Shown: positions 41,711 through 50,405 of the stretch, piece after piece
How the letters are laid out: each line of letters begins with the position of its first letter
Numbering within the stretch: position 1 is the first letter of the stretch
Source: a virus
Lineage: Duplodnaviria > Caudoviricetes
Strand: one strand, 5' to 3'
IMG/VR virus record: IMGVR_UViG_3300005512_000003
Length of the DNA: 64,000 nt
Program-made: the position numbers and the translations under genes
Notes under the pieces: model-generated
Database searches by the model: none
Told to the model about the DNA's origin: nothing
What the model saw: only the letters and a program-made list of their open reading frames with translations

Positions 41711-42650
41711 TGAATTTCTTTGGGTCGAAAAGTATCGTCCCAAAACTATTGAAGAATGTATTCTCCCTGATAGTATCAAGAAAACCTTTCAAGAGTTTGT
41801 TGATCGGGGAGAGGTCCCAAACATGCTGCTTTCTGGTCCTCCTGGTGTAGGAAAGACTACAGTAGCAAAATCACTGTGTACTGAACTTGGAGCAGATTAT
41901 TATGTCATCAACGGATCCGATGAAGGGCGGTTCCTGGATACTGTCCGAAACAATGCGAAGAATTTCGCTTCGACCGTCTCACTTTCATCAACTGCAAAAC
42001 ACAAAGTCATCATCATTGATGAGGCAGATAACACGACCCATGATGTACAACTCCTCCTACGGGCGTCTGTTGAGGAGTTTAATCGCAACTGCAGGTTCAT
42101 CTTTACCTGTAACTACAAAAACAAAATCATCGAACCTCTCCACTCCCGATGCGCGGTGGTCGAGTTTGGAATTAAGTCCAAAGACAAACCTGGAATCGCA
42201 GCAAAGTTCTTCCAGCGTATCAGGACTATTCTTGAGGCAGAGAGTGTCGAATATGATCCAAAAGTCCTCGTCGAACTTATCAACAAACACTTCCCCGACT
42301 GGCGACGTGTTCTCAACGAGTGTCAAAGATACTCCGTGGGTGGTAAGATTGATACAGGAATTCTCGCGTCGTTCTCGGATGTTTCGGTAAATGATCTCAT
42401 CAAAAACCTCAAGGAAAAGAACTTTCCAGAAGTACGTAAATGGTGTGTCAATAACCTGGACAATGATCCTGGTGTACTACTGCGTCGTGTTTACGATGCT
42501 CTTCCTGACGCCGTTGACGGTCCTTCTCTTGCTGCTGCCGTGCTCATTATTGCTAAGTACCAGTATCAGATTGCATTTGTCGCAGATCAAGAAATCAACC
42601 TTCTGGCGGCGTTAACTGAAATTATGGTTGAATGTAATTTCCATAGTTAG
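41700..42650 (+). CDS. g44: Clamp loader large subunit gp44
   Basis: LWVEKYRP, GPPGVGKT, IIDEAD, PLHSRC. Confidence 0.97.
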   Translation: MSRDEFLWVEKYRPKTIEECILPDSIKKTFQEFVDRGEVPNMLLSGPPGVGKTTVAKSLCTELGADYYVINGSDEGRFLDTVRNNAKNFASTVSLSSTAKHKVIIIDEADNTTHDVQLLLRASVEEFNRNCRFIFTCNYKNKIIEPLHSRCAVVEFGIKSKDKPGIAAKFFQRIRTILEAESVEYDPKVLVELINKHFPDWRRVLNECQRYSVGGKIDTGILASFSDVSVNDLIKNLKEKNFPEVRKWCVNNLDNDPGVLLRRVYDALPDAVDGPSLAAAVLIIAKYQYQIAFVADQEINLLAALTEIMVECNFHS

Positions 42651-43119
42651 TTATGATGTAATAACTTTCTCCAGTTGCTTTACAAGCTTCTTGTATTGAG
42701 GAATATTCAACATTATCATATACAATCTTTTTTCTTTTATATGGTTTGGGGATTCCTCTTTGTGGTCTTTGATTTATCTTGTACCCCTTTATACCTTTAT
42801 TCCAAGGTACTTTTGGTTGTATCTCTCTTTGCCTAACAGCACACTCTTCTTTAATGAATTGATACATACAACCCGTTTTGATTTTTCCTTGATTTGACAT
42901 ATTCCAAACGGCATACCACATTTTCTTTTTGTTATTACCTGAATTCATTTTGTAGAGTAATAAATGGAGAATGTAATGAACTCTTGGAGATACATCAACA
43001 AGATTTTCTGGACTATCATCACCACCTAAACTTTTGGGAACAATATGATGAGATTCAGTTATTCCTGGTTGATTTCTGTACTTATCAATGATAGAATTGT
43101 AGATATTTCTGTAATTCAT
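42622..43119 (-). mobile_element. Free-standing HNH homing endonuclease, antisense, overlapping the g44 3' end
   Basis: E.HHIVPKSLGG.D...NLV....R.H...H, PWNKG (NUMOD3-like), Y.SI.EA (NUMOD1-like); AT-rich. Confidence 0.9.
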
Positions 43120-43138
43120 TATGAGTGTAATTTTAAAT

Positions 43139-43146
43139 TATTTATA
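43139..43146 (-). promoter_or_regulatory. T4 late promoter TATAAATA for the HNH gene
   Basis: + strand TATTTATA, about 20 nt upstream of the HNH ATG. Confidence 0.75.
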
Positions 43147-43161
43147 CGAGTGTAACTTTAA

Positions 43162-43341
43162 ATGATTAGTCAAAAAGAACTCAAGCACATGCGTCTCCAA
43201 GCATGGTTGCGTGAAAACAAGTGTGACGACTTGGAATATCTTGGAGAAAAGGATGGTGATTATTGGTATCGTATCGGTCCCCACGAAATCACATCCGACC
43301 AATTTGAAGACATTGAACTTGTAGGTGAGGTAGAACAATGA
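43162..43341 (+). CDS. 59-aa hypothetical protein (not in ORF track)
   Basis: MISQKELKHMRLQAWLRENKCDDLEYLG...; ATGA-coupled to the next gene. Confidence 0.6.
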   Translation: MISQKELKHMRLQAWLRENKCDDLEYLGEKDGDYWYRIGPHEITSDQFEDIELVGEVEQ

Positions 43342-43625
43342 ATGTAAAACTGCTCCGTATTATTACTGGCGAGGAAGTCCTTGCTGAAGTCCTTTCAGAA
43401 GATGAAAACACTGTGACCGTTCAAAACGGTTTGGTGGTTCTCCCTAATGCTAATGGTGTTGGATTTGCTCCTTGGGCAACTGTCATTAGTAAGGAAAATA
43501 AAGAGATTACTTTGAGTAGAGAACATCTTGTTTATGTGGTAGACTGTGATGATTCTGTACAAGATAAGTACGAATCTATCTTTGGAACGATTGTCAAACC
43601 CGAGACCAAAAAACTGATTCTATGA
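43338..43625 (+). CDS. Conserved Sm-like-fold hypothetical protein
   Basis: VKL.R..TGEEV.AE, GFAPW, Y...FG.IV.P. Confidence 0.65.
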   Translation: MNVKLLRIITGEEVLAEVLSEDENTVTVQNGLVVLPNANGVGFAPWATVISKENKEITLSREHLVYVVDCDDSVQDKYESIFGTIVKPETKKLIL

Positions 43626-44464
43626 AATCCCTGAAAACCCCTCTTCGTTATCCTGGTGGCAAGTCTCGTGCTTGTACCAAAATGGATCAGTATTTTCCTG
43701 ATCTTAGAAACTACAAAGAGTTTCGTGAACCATTTCTTGGTGGGGGTAGTGTTGCCATACATATCACAAAGAAATATCCAACACTGGATATTTGGGTGAA
43801 TGATTTGTATGAACCTCTCTATAACTTCTGGTGTGTTCTTCGAGATCAATCACAAGATCTGTGTGAAACTCTAAAGGAATACAAGTCCACAAACGCAACA
43901 CTAGAACTTGCGCGTGAACTTTTTCAGCAAATGAAAGTTGAGGTTAACGACAAAGAAAACCCTCATCTTCAAAGAGCAGCAGCATTTTATGTTGTAAATA
44001 AGTGTAGTTTTTCTGGACTTACTGAGTCTTCCTCTTTTTCACAGCAAGCATCTGTGAGTAACTTTTCCATGAGAGGTATTGAAAAACTTCCTGAATATGG
44101 AAAACTGATCACAGATTGGAAGATTACTAATGTTCGCTATCAAGAGCTCCTCACCGACGATAGATCTATCTTCACCTACCTTGACCCGCCCTACGATATT
44201 AGATCTAACCTATACGGAAGGAAAGGTAATATGCACAAATCATTCGACCACGACGGTTTTGCTACCCTGTGTGATAGGTTTGTTGGTCCTCAACTTATAT
44301 CTTATAACTCGTCTCAACTTATTCGTGAGAGGTTTAAAGGATGGGAAGTAGGCGAGTTTGATTTGACTTACACCATGCGCTCAGTTGGTGAATACATGCG
44401 AGAGCAGAAAGAACGTAAAGAGTTGGTATTGTTTAACTATGAAGTGCGAAGTCAAGTTGTATAA
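43622..44464 (+). CDS. dam: DNA adenine methyltransferase (Dam/D12 class)
   Basis: PLRYPGGKS, EPF.GGGSV, ND, YLDPPY. Target specificity cannot be established from sequence. Confidence 0.88.
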   Translation: MKSLKTPLRYPGGKSRACTKMDQYFPDLRNYKEFREPFLGGGSVAIHITKKYPTLDIWVNDLYEPLYNFWCVLRDQSQDLCETLKEYKSTNATLELARELFQQMKVEVNDKENPHLQRAAAFYVVNKCSFSGLTESSSFSQQASVSNFSMRGIEKLPEYGKLITDWKITNVRYQELLTDDRSIFTYLDPPYDIRSNLYGRKGNMHKSFDHDGFATLCDRFVGPQLISYNSSQLIRERFKGWEVGEFDLTYTMRSVGEYMREQKERKELVLFNYEVRSQVV

Positions 44465-44582
44465 GGCAGGAACAGTATTCACTGAACAAGTGATTGCGGT
44501 TGATTATCAGGATGCAAGAAAAGTTGCCCTTGCTAGGAATCCTGGTGCTACAGTTGTTAGCGTAACAGCGGTATTTAAATAA
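44439..44582 (+). CDS. Small conserved hypothetical protein
   Basis: MKCEVKLY.AG.VF.E.V.A.DYQDAR..ALARNP. Confidence 0.6.
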   Translation: MKCEVKLYKAGTVFTEQVIAVDYQDARKVALARNPGATVVSVTAVFK

Positions 44583-44962
44583 TGGAACTCAAAGACTGGT
44601 TGAACTCAATAAACTTTAATAAGGAAAACCTTATTAAAGAAGACCCCGATATCGTTAAACAGTACCCACCCTTTATTGTCAACAAATGTCTTGCTGGACA
44701 TCTTGATACTGTTCTCTTTGCCAATGAGATGAATAAGTATCACCACCTTGATAAAGACATGCAATATTCATTTTTGCTAAATAGTCTGAGGAAGCGTAAG
44801 AGATTTTCTCCCTGGTTCCGAAAGGATAAGATTGAAGACCTTGAATGCGTTAAGACTTACTATGGTTATAGTAATGAAAAAGCACAACAAGCGTTGAAAA
44901 TACTCACTCCTGAACAACTAAATTATATAAAGAAAAAACTTGATCTTGGTGGTAAAAAATGA
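44582..44962 (+). CDS. g62: Clamp loader small subunit gp62
   Basis: DWLNSIN, YPPFIVN.CL, ANEMN, RKRKRFSPW, YYGYS.EKA. Confidence 0.93.
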   Translation: MELKDWLNSINFNKENLIKEDPDIVKQYPPFIVNKCLAGHLDTVLFANEMNKYHHLDKDMQYSFLLNSLRKRKRFSPWFRKDKIEDLECVKTYYGYSNEKAQQALKILTPEQLNYIKKKLDLGGKK

Positions 44963-45390
44963 GCAACGTTGTTGAACCTCAGGTTGATTGGTCTCCTGAG
45001 CTGATGGTTGAAGTTAGTCTGAACGAACCAGATGACTTTCTAAAAGTGAGGGAAACGCTCACTCGTATTGGTGTGGCATCTCGTAAAGAGAAGAAACTCT
45101 ATCAATCCTGTCATATCTTGCATAAACAGGGAAGGTATTATATCGTTCACTTTAAGGAACTTTTTGCTCTGGATGGTAAGCACGCCAACCTTACAGTAAA
45201 TGATTTCCAGAGGCGTAATCGTATTGCTAGACTGCTTGTAGACTGGGGTCTGGTGAGTGTTGTATCAGAAGAATCAATCTCGGATATTGCACCTTTAAAT
45301 CAGATTAAGGTTATTGCTTATAAAGAAAAGGGTGAATGGATGCTGGAACAGAAGTACAACATCGGTAAGAAAGGTAAGAAGGAAGAGTAA
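44959..45390 (+). CDS. regA: Translational repressor RegA
   Basis: DDFLKVRETLTRIGVAS, LYQSCHILHKQGRY.IVHFKELF.LDG. Confidence 0.98.
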   Translation: MSNVVEPQVDWSPELMVEVSLNEPDDFLKVRETLTRIGVASRKEKKLYQSCHILHKQGRYYIVHFKELFALDGKHANLTVNDFQRRNRIARLLVDWGLVSVVSEESISDIAPLNQIKVIAYKEKGEWMLEQKYNIGKKGKKEE

Positions 45391-45399
45391 ACCGAATAA

Positions 45400-45439
45400 A
45401 AAAAGGGGGCTTGACGCCCCCTTTTTTATGCCTTATAAT
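45400..45439 (+). promoter_or_regulatory. Terminator hairpin with overlapping sigma70 promoter TTGACG-N17-TATAAT
   Basis: A-run-GGGGGC-TTGAC-GCCCCC-T-run; -35 lies in the loop and -10 at 45434-39. Confidence 0.75.
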
Positions 45440-45519
45440 ATGAGCAAGTCAGACAAGCGTGAGCGACCTCTGACCCAGTAGAGAATATTCTCTACGCAAA
45501 GCAAACTTGCTATTTAATT

Positions 45520-46509
45520 ATGTCTCATTTTCGTAAACTGCCGACAGCATCTTCTTGTCCTGATGTTGATTGGTTTAAGGATCTTCCTCTCCCTGAGGGT
45601 CGAACCTTTGTATGTATTGGTCGTCGAAAGATCAAACTCGATTTGATTGAACGAACCAATGCAGCAGGACAAGTTGTAAATATTGCGCGTGAGCTTGGAA
45701 CGAACAGAGAGAACGTTCAAGACTTGGCCAACAATATCAAGATCAACGGAGTTCTTCTTGATGTCCAACCTCCATTTGCAGGTACAAACGATCATCTCTT
45801 TGATGGTTATACTCGCTTTGAGGCAATCCTTAGTATGGGTTTGTTGTATTGGGTATTCAATATCGTAGAACCTAAGGAAGGTTTTACCTGGAGTGATGTG
45901 TGGGATGAGATTGGACTTGGTGCCAACAACCACCCACCTAGTAAGTCTGCCACTCGTGGAGATTTTAGCAAAGCACTTGCACGTTGGGTTGCTACTCAAG
46001 AGCAAGAACCTACTCAGGGACAATGTGTTGATTGGATCAATCACATTCCACATTCTTTCTCACAAGAGATTGTCTCCAATATTGCTCAGACAGTTCTGAA
46101 GACTGAACGTGCTAGGCAATCTATGGAGTCTGTAGAACCCAAGGATGTGATTGCGCGAGTATCTAAAGATGGGAACTTTACAAGTCGAGTTGAAGTTATT
46201 CCTATCAATATTAGTGGTAGCGATACTTATCTCAAGAGAGCATTTTTCCAAGCACTCAAGGCAGTTTCTAATCCTAAGAAGGACATGATTCGTGGTGTTG
46301 GTTATCTGAAAGGTGTTCCCGCTGAAAAAGCTGAAGAAACACGTAAAGCAGGTATGAAGCTTCTTGATGAGTACAATGATCTGTTTGAGGAAGCATTTCA
46401 ACAACGTTTGAAGGTTGGTGCTAAGTATCGACTGATTGATGTTGATTATATCTATCCTCAAATCATCGATGTTGAGACATCTTTGATTCCTGTTGAGAAA
46501 ACCGAATAA
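45520..46509 (+). CDS. ParB/Sulfiredoxin-like N-terminal domain protein
   Basis: L..NI..NG......PP......L.DGYTR.EA resembles the ParB-N core. Confidence 0.55.
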   Translation: MSHFRKLPTASSCPDVDWFKDLPLPEGRTFVCIGRRKIKLDLIERTNAAGQVVNIARELGTNRENVQDLANNIKINGVLLDVQPPFAGTNDHLFDGYTRFEAILSMGLLYWVFNIVEPKEGFTWSDVWDEIGLGANNHPPSKSATRGDFSKALARWVATQEQEPTQGQCVDWINHIPHSFSQEIVSNIAQTVLKTERARQSMESVEPKDVIARVSKDGNFTSRVEVIPINISGSDTYLKRAFFQALKAVSNPKKDMIRGVGYLKGVPAEKAEETRKAGMKLLDEYNDLFEEAFQQRLKVGAKYRLIDVDYIYPQIIDVETSLIPVEKTE

Positions 46510-46516
46510 AAAAAGT

Positions 46517-46541
46517 AGGGAGTTCAACACTCCCTTTTTTT
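46517..46541 (+). terminator. Intrinsic terminator
   Basis: AGGGAGT-TCAAC-ACTCCCT plus T run. Confidence 0.8.
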
Positions 46542-46618
46542 GTGCTTGGTGTATAATTAGTAGTGGATGCCGAACGGGTCCACACAATCAAATCTCGCTT
46601 ACTTAAGGAGAAGTACAC

Positions 46619-47053
46619 ATGACAGACCTCATGAAGTATAATGCTGCCAACATTAATCAGTTGTTGGAGCGCATAAATAAGAATAGCATTGGTATGGATG
46701 AATACTTTAATAGGTTGTTCTCTCTGCACGAAACAACCTCAAGTTATCCTCCATACAACCTAGTTCAAGTTAGCAACGTGGAATCTAGACTTGAACTGGC
46801 GCTAGCTGGGTTCAAGAAGAAAGAAGTCTATGTCTACACGCAGGATGGTAAACTCTTTGTGGAGGGCCAGAAAGAGGATAAGGAAACAGAAACTGACTAT
46901 CTGCACAAGGGTTTGGCTCAACGGTCGTTTACACGAGCGTGGACACTTTCCGACGACACGGAAGTTAGATCAGTTACTTTTGAAGATGGGCTTCTGACGA
47001 TTGTTCTAGGTAAGATTGTCCCAGATCATCATAAGAGAAAAGATTGGTTCTAA
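46619..47053 (+). CDS. hsp20: Small heat shock protein Hsp20
   Basis: YPPYN, LE.ALAGF, YLHKGLA.RSF.R.WTL, F.DGLL.I.L; strong SD AAGGAG. Confidence 0.95.
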   Translation: MTDLMKYNAANINQLLERINKNSIGMDEYFNRLFSLHETTSSYPPYNLVQVSNVESRLELALAGFKKKEVYVYTQDGKLFVEGQKEDKETETDYLHKGLAQRSFTRAWTLSDDTEVRSVTFEDGLLTIVLGKIVPDHHKRKDWF

Positions 47054-47083
47054 ATAGTATTGAATATCGTCGTCGCTTATGCC

Positions 47084-47125
47084 AAAGGGGGAACTGGCCA
47101 AATCCAGTAGACGCCCCCTTTTTTT
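47084..47125 (+). terminator. Extended terminator-like hairpin after hsp20
   Basis: AAAGGGGG-AACTGG...CCAGT-AGACG-CCCCC-T7. Confidence 0.65.
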
Positions 47126-47156
47126 AATGCTAAAATATTGAAAGGAGGATTTGACT

Positions 47157-47417
47157 ATGACCGCTAGCGTACTGATTTTTGAAAACGGACTGCAGTTACT
47201 TGCTCAGTTGGAGGAGGTTGGTGGTGACATTGGTGAACCAGATTGCAAACTGGTAGATCCATACGTTATCACGTCTGATGGAACACTTGAGCCTTGGTTG
47301 GTTAATGTAACCACTCAATACACATTCAAGATTCATTCGGACAAGATTTTGACTATTGCCGAACCAAACTCTAAACTATCTAAAAAGTACAAGGAACTGA
47401 CTGAGACTAAAGAATGA
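47157..47417 (+). CDS. Conserved hypothetical protein upstream of g43
   Basis: IGEPDCKL..P, L.PW, HSDKILTI.EP; SD AGGAGG. Confidence 0.7.
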   Translation: MTASVLIFENGLQLLAQLEEVGGDIGEPDCKLVDPYVITSDGTLEPWLVNVTTQYTFKIHSDKILTIAEPNSKLSKKYKELTETKE

Positions 47418-49915
47418 GGTTTTATACAAACGTGCAAATGATCGGGAACAAGTTCCTGGTTCGTGGATATGACAATGGTGAGCACGTAATGTTTAAGGAG
47501 GAGTATACTCCTACGTTGTTTGTTCCGTCAAAAAAGAAGACCAAATACAAAACCCTAGAGGGGGATTATGTAGAAGCAATCCAACCTGGATTTGTAAAAG
47601 ATTGCCGTGAGTTCTATGCAAAATACGGCGAAGTCGATGGATTTAAAATCTACGGAAATGAAAGGTACGTTTGTCAGTACATCTCTGACAAGTATCCAGA
47701 AGATGAAATTAAGTTTGACATCAGCAAGATTAAACTCTACACGATTGATATTGAGACTACATCCGAAAACGGATTTCCCGATATCAATAATCCAATCGAA
47801 GAGTTGCTGCTGATCTCGATTCAAGATTATGCATCGAAGGGGATCATGACTTGGGGTGTTGGTCCATTTAGAAACAAACAGAAGAAAGTAACTTATATTG
47901 AATGTATTGATGAGAGAGATCTCCTCAATCGTTTTATTGACTGGTGGATGTTACCAGAGAATAATCCAGAGGTTATCACTGGATGGAATATACAGCTGTT
48001 TGATATCCCGTATCTTTGTAGGAGACTTAATCGGGTTCTTGGTGAGAAACTTATGAAAAGGTTTTCACCTTGGGGACTGGTCTCTGAAAAAGAGGTTTAT
48101 ATTCAGGGACGCAAGCATACTACGATGGATGTTGGTGGCATCACTCAACTAGATTATCTTGACTTGTATAAGAAGTTTACTTATACGAATCAAGAATCAT
48201 ATCGTCTGGACTACATTGCTCAAGTTGAGCTTGGTCAACAGAAGTTGGATCATAGTGAATTTGAAACATTTAAAGACTTTTATAGCAAAGGGTGGCAAAA
48301 GTTTGTAGAATACAATATCATTGACGTTGAACTTGTTGACCGTTTGGAAGACAAGATGAAACTGATTGAACTTGCGCTTACTATGGCATATGATGCCAAA
48401 GTCAACTATGCGGATGTGTTTTATCAAGTCCGCATGTGGGACAACATCATCTACAACTATCTGAAGAAGCGCAATATTGTGATTCCACCAAAAGATAGGA
48501 CAGAGAAAAATGAAAAGTATGCGGGGGCATACGTCAAGGAACCAATTCCTGGAGTCTATGATTGGGTTGTGTCTTTTGACCTTAACAGCCTCTATCCTCA
48601 CCTTATTATGCAGTACAATATCTCACCAGAGACGTTACAAGACGACCGACACCCCACGGCTACAGTTGATAAAATACTTGATAAGCAAGTAACTTTTGAG
48701 ATGCACAAAGACTTTGCAGTCTGTGCAAATGGTGCCATGTACCGTAAAGATGTTCGTGGGTTTTTGCCAGAACTCATGGAGAAGATGTATGGCGACCGTG
48801 TGATTTTCAAGAAGAGGATGCTTAAGGCAAAGCAGGAGTATGAAAAGACAAAGAAACCTGAACTGATTAAGGAGATCGCCCGTTGTAACAACATTCAGAT
48901 GGCAAAGAAGATCTCTCTCAACTCTGCTTATGGTGCCATCGGTAACCAATACTTTAGGTATTACAAACTTGCCAATGCAGAGGCAATCACTTTGTCTGGG
49001 CAGGTGAGTATTCGATGGATTGAAGGCAGAATGAATGCCTATTTGAATAAGATTCTAAAAACTGAAGGAGAGGATTATGTTATTGCTTCTGATACTGATT
49101 CTATCTACCTCAATCTGGGTCCTCTTGTTGACACAGTATTCAAAGGGAGAGAGAAAACTACTGATAGCGTTGTGTCGTTCCTTGATAAGGTCTGTCAAGT
49201 GGAATTTGAAAAGTATATTGAAAGTTCTTACCAAGAACTGGCGGAATACGTCAACGCCTACGATCAAAAAATGCAAATGAAGCGTGAGAATATTGCTGAT
49301 CGTGGTATATGGACTGCGAAGAAGCGATATATTCTCAACGTGTGGAATAGTGAAGGTGTTCAATATGAAGATGCTAAACTAAAGATCATGGGTATTGAGG
49401 CAGTCAAATCTTCTACACCAGCACCCTGTCGTAAAATGATTAAGGATGCTCTCAAACTTATGATGAATGAGACTGAGGATGCTGTGATTGACTTCATTGC
49501 AGAGTGTCGCACTCAGTTCAAGCAAATGTCTCCTTATGAGATTGCGTTTCCACGCACATGTTCAAACGTGAACAAGTACAAAAGCAATGTGAGTATCTAT
49601 GAAAAGGGCACACCGATTCATGCTAGGGGAGCACTCCTTTACAATCACTACTTGACTCAAAAGAAACTAACTAACAAGTATTCTATGATTCAAGATGGGG
49701 AGAAAGTGAGATTCTGTTATTTGAAGAAACCTAATCCCATTCATGAGAATGTAATCTCTTTCATTCAGGAGTTTCCAAAAGAGATTGGATTGCAGAACTA
49801 CATAGACTATGATTTGCAGTTTGATAAAGCGTTCTTAGAACCACTCAAAGCGATTCTTGATGCTATTGGTTGGGACTCTGAACATAAAGCATCACTTGAA
49901 GACTTCTTCATTTGA
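47414..49915 (+). CDS. g43: DNA polymerase gp43 (family B)
   Basis: DIET exonuclease motif, SFDLNSLYP, K...NSAYG, DTDS, KKRY; uninterrupted. Confidence 0.99.
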   Translation: MRFYTNVQMIGNKFLVRGYDNGEHVMFKEEYTPTLFVPSKKKTKYKTLEGDYVEAIQPGFVKDCREFYAKYGEVDGFKIYGNERYVCQYISDKYPEDEIKFDISKIKLYTIDIETTSENGFPDINNPIEELLLISIQDYASKGIMTWGVGPFRNKQKKVTYIECIDERDLLNRFIDWWMLPENNPEVITGWNIQLFDIPYLCRRLNRVLGEKLMKRFSPWGLVSEKEVYIQGRKHTTMDVGGITQLDYLDLYKKFTYTNQESYRLDYIAQVELGQQKLDHSEFETFKDFYSKGWQKFVEYNIIDVELVDRLEDKMKLIELALTMAYDAKVNYADVFYQVRMWDNIIYNYLKKRNIVIPPKDRTEKNEKYAGAYVKEPIPGVYDWVVSFDLNSLYPHLIMQYNISPETLQDDRHPTATVDKILDKQVTFEMHKDFAVCANGAMYRKDVRGFLPELMEKMYGDRVIFKKRMLKAKQEYEKTKKPELIKEIARCNNIQMAKKISLNSAYGAIGNQYFRYYKLANAEAITLSGQVSIRWIEGRMNAYLNKILKTEGEDYVIASDTDSIYLNLGPLVDTVFKGREKTTDSVVSFLDKVCQVEFEKYIESSYQELAEYVNAYDQKMQMKRENIADRGIWTAKKRYILNVWNSEGVQYEDAKLKIMGIEAVKSSTPAPCRKMIKDALKLMMNETEDAVIDFIAECRTQFKQMSPYEIAFPRTCSNVNKYKSNVSIYEKGTPIHARGALLYNHYLTQKKLTNKYSMIQDGEKVRFCYLKKPNPIHENVISFIQEFPKEIGLQNYIDYDLQFDKAFLEPLKAILDAIGWDSEHKASLEDFFI

Positions 49916-49924
49916 TGTTAGAAT
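49896..49924 (+). promoter_or_regulatory. Sigma70-like promoter TTGAAG-N17-TAGAAT (extended -10)
   Basis: Overlaps the g43 3' end. Confidence 0.45.
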
Positions 49925-49945
49925 ATCTGAAAATAGATCCAAACT

Positions 49946-50404
49946 ATGTTTTTTGAAAAAGTGAGTCTGGTCACTGGTGGGTTCGATCCCATTCACAGTG
50001 GACATATCCGTTATTTTGAACGTGCTAAAGATTATTCTGACTACCTTGTAGTTGGTCTGAATGGTGACCCTTGGTTGAAACGAAAGAAAGGACAATACTT
50101 TCAGTGTTGGACTGAACGAGCAGACATTGTTCGTCATTTGAATATGGTTGATGCTGTTGTCTCTTGGGATGACGCTGATGACTCTGCAAATGGTGCTATT
50201 GCAAAGTGTTTGGAGATTGCAGAGACTGTTGTGTTTTGCAATGGTGGTGATCGAGCACAGGGAAATACACCTGAACTAGAAGCATATAAAGATAATCCCC
50301 GAGTGGTGTTTGAATGGGGTGTTGGTGGTAATGATAAAATGAATAGCAGTTCGTGGATTCTCCACGGATACTTTGAGCGTCAACGTAAACTATTGGGTAT
50401 TTGA
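49946..50404 (+). CDS. Cytidylyl/adenylyltransferase (RfaE-II/TagD-like)
   Basis: TGGFDPIHSGH (HxGH), VGLN.D..L..KKG, NGGDR, SSSWIL. Confidence 0.88.
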   Translation: MFFEKVSLVTGGFDPIHSGHIRYFERAKDYSDYLVVGLNGDPWLKRKKGQYFQCWTERADIVRHLNMVDAVVSWDDADDSANGAIAKCLEIAETVVFCNGGDRAQGNTPELEAYKDNPRVVFEWGVGGNDKMNSSSWILHGYFERQRKLLGI

Positions 50405-50405
50405 T

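Noticed and set aside
42629-43147. Intron restoring the g44 C-terminus
   Set aside because: The insert is almost entirely an antisense ORF with no ribozyme core, and g44 already terminates with a near-native tail.
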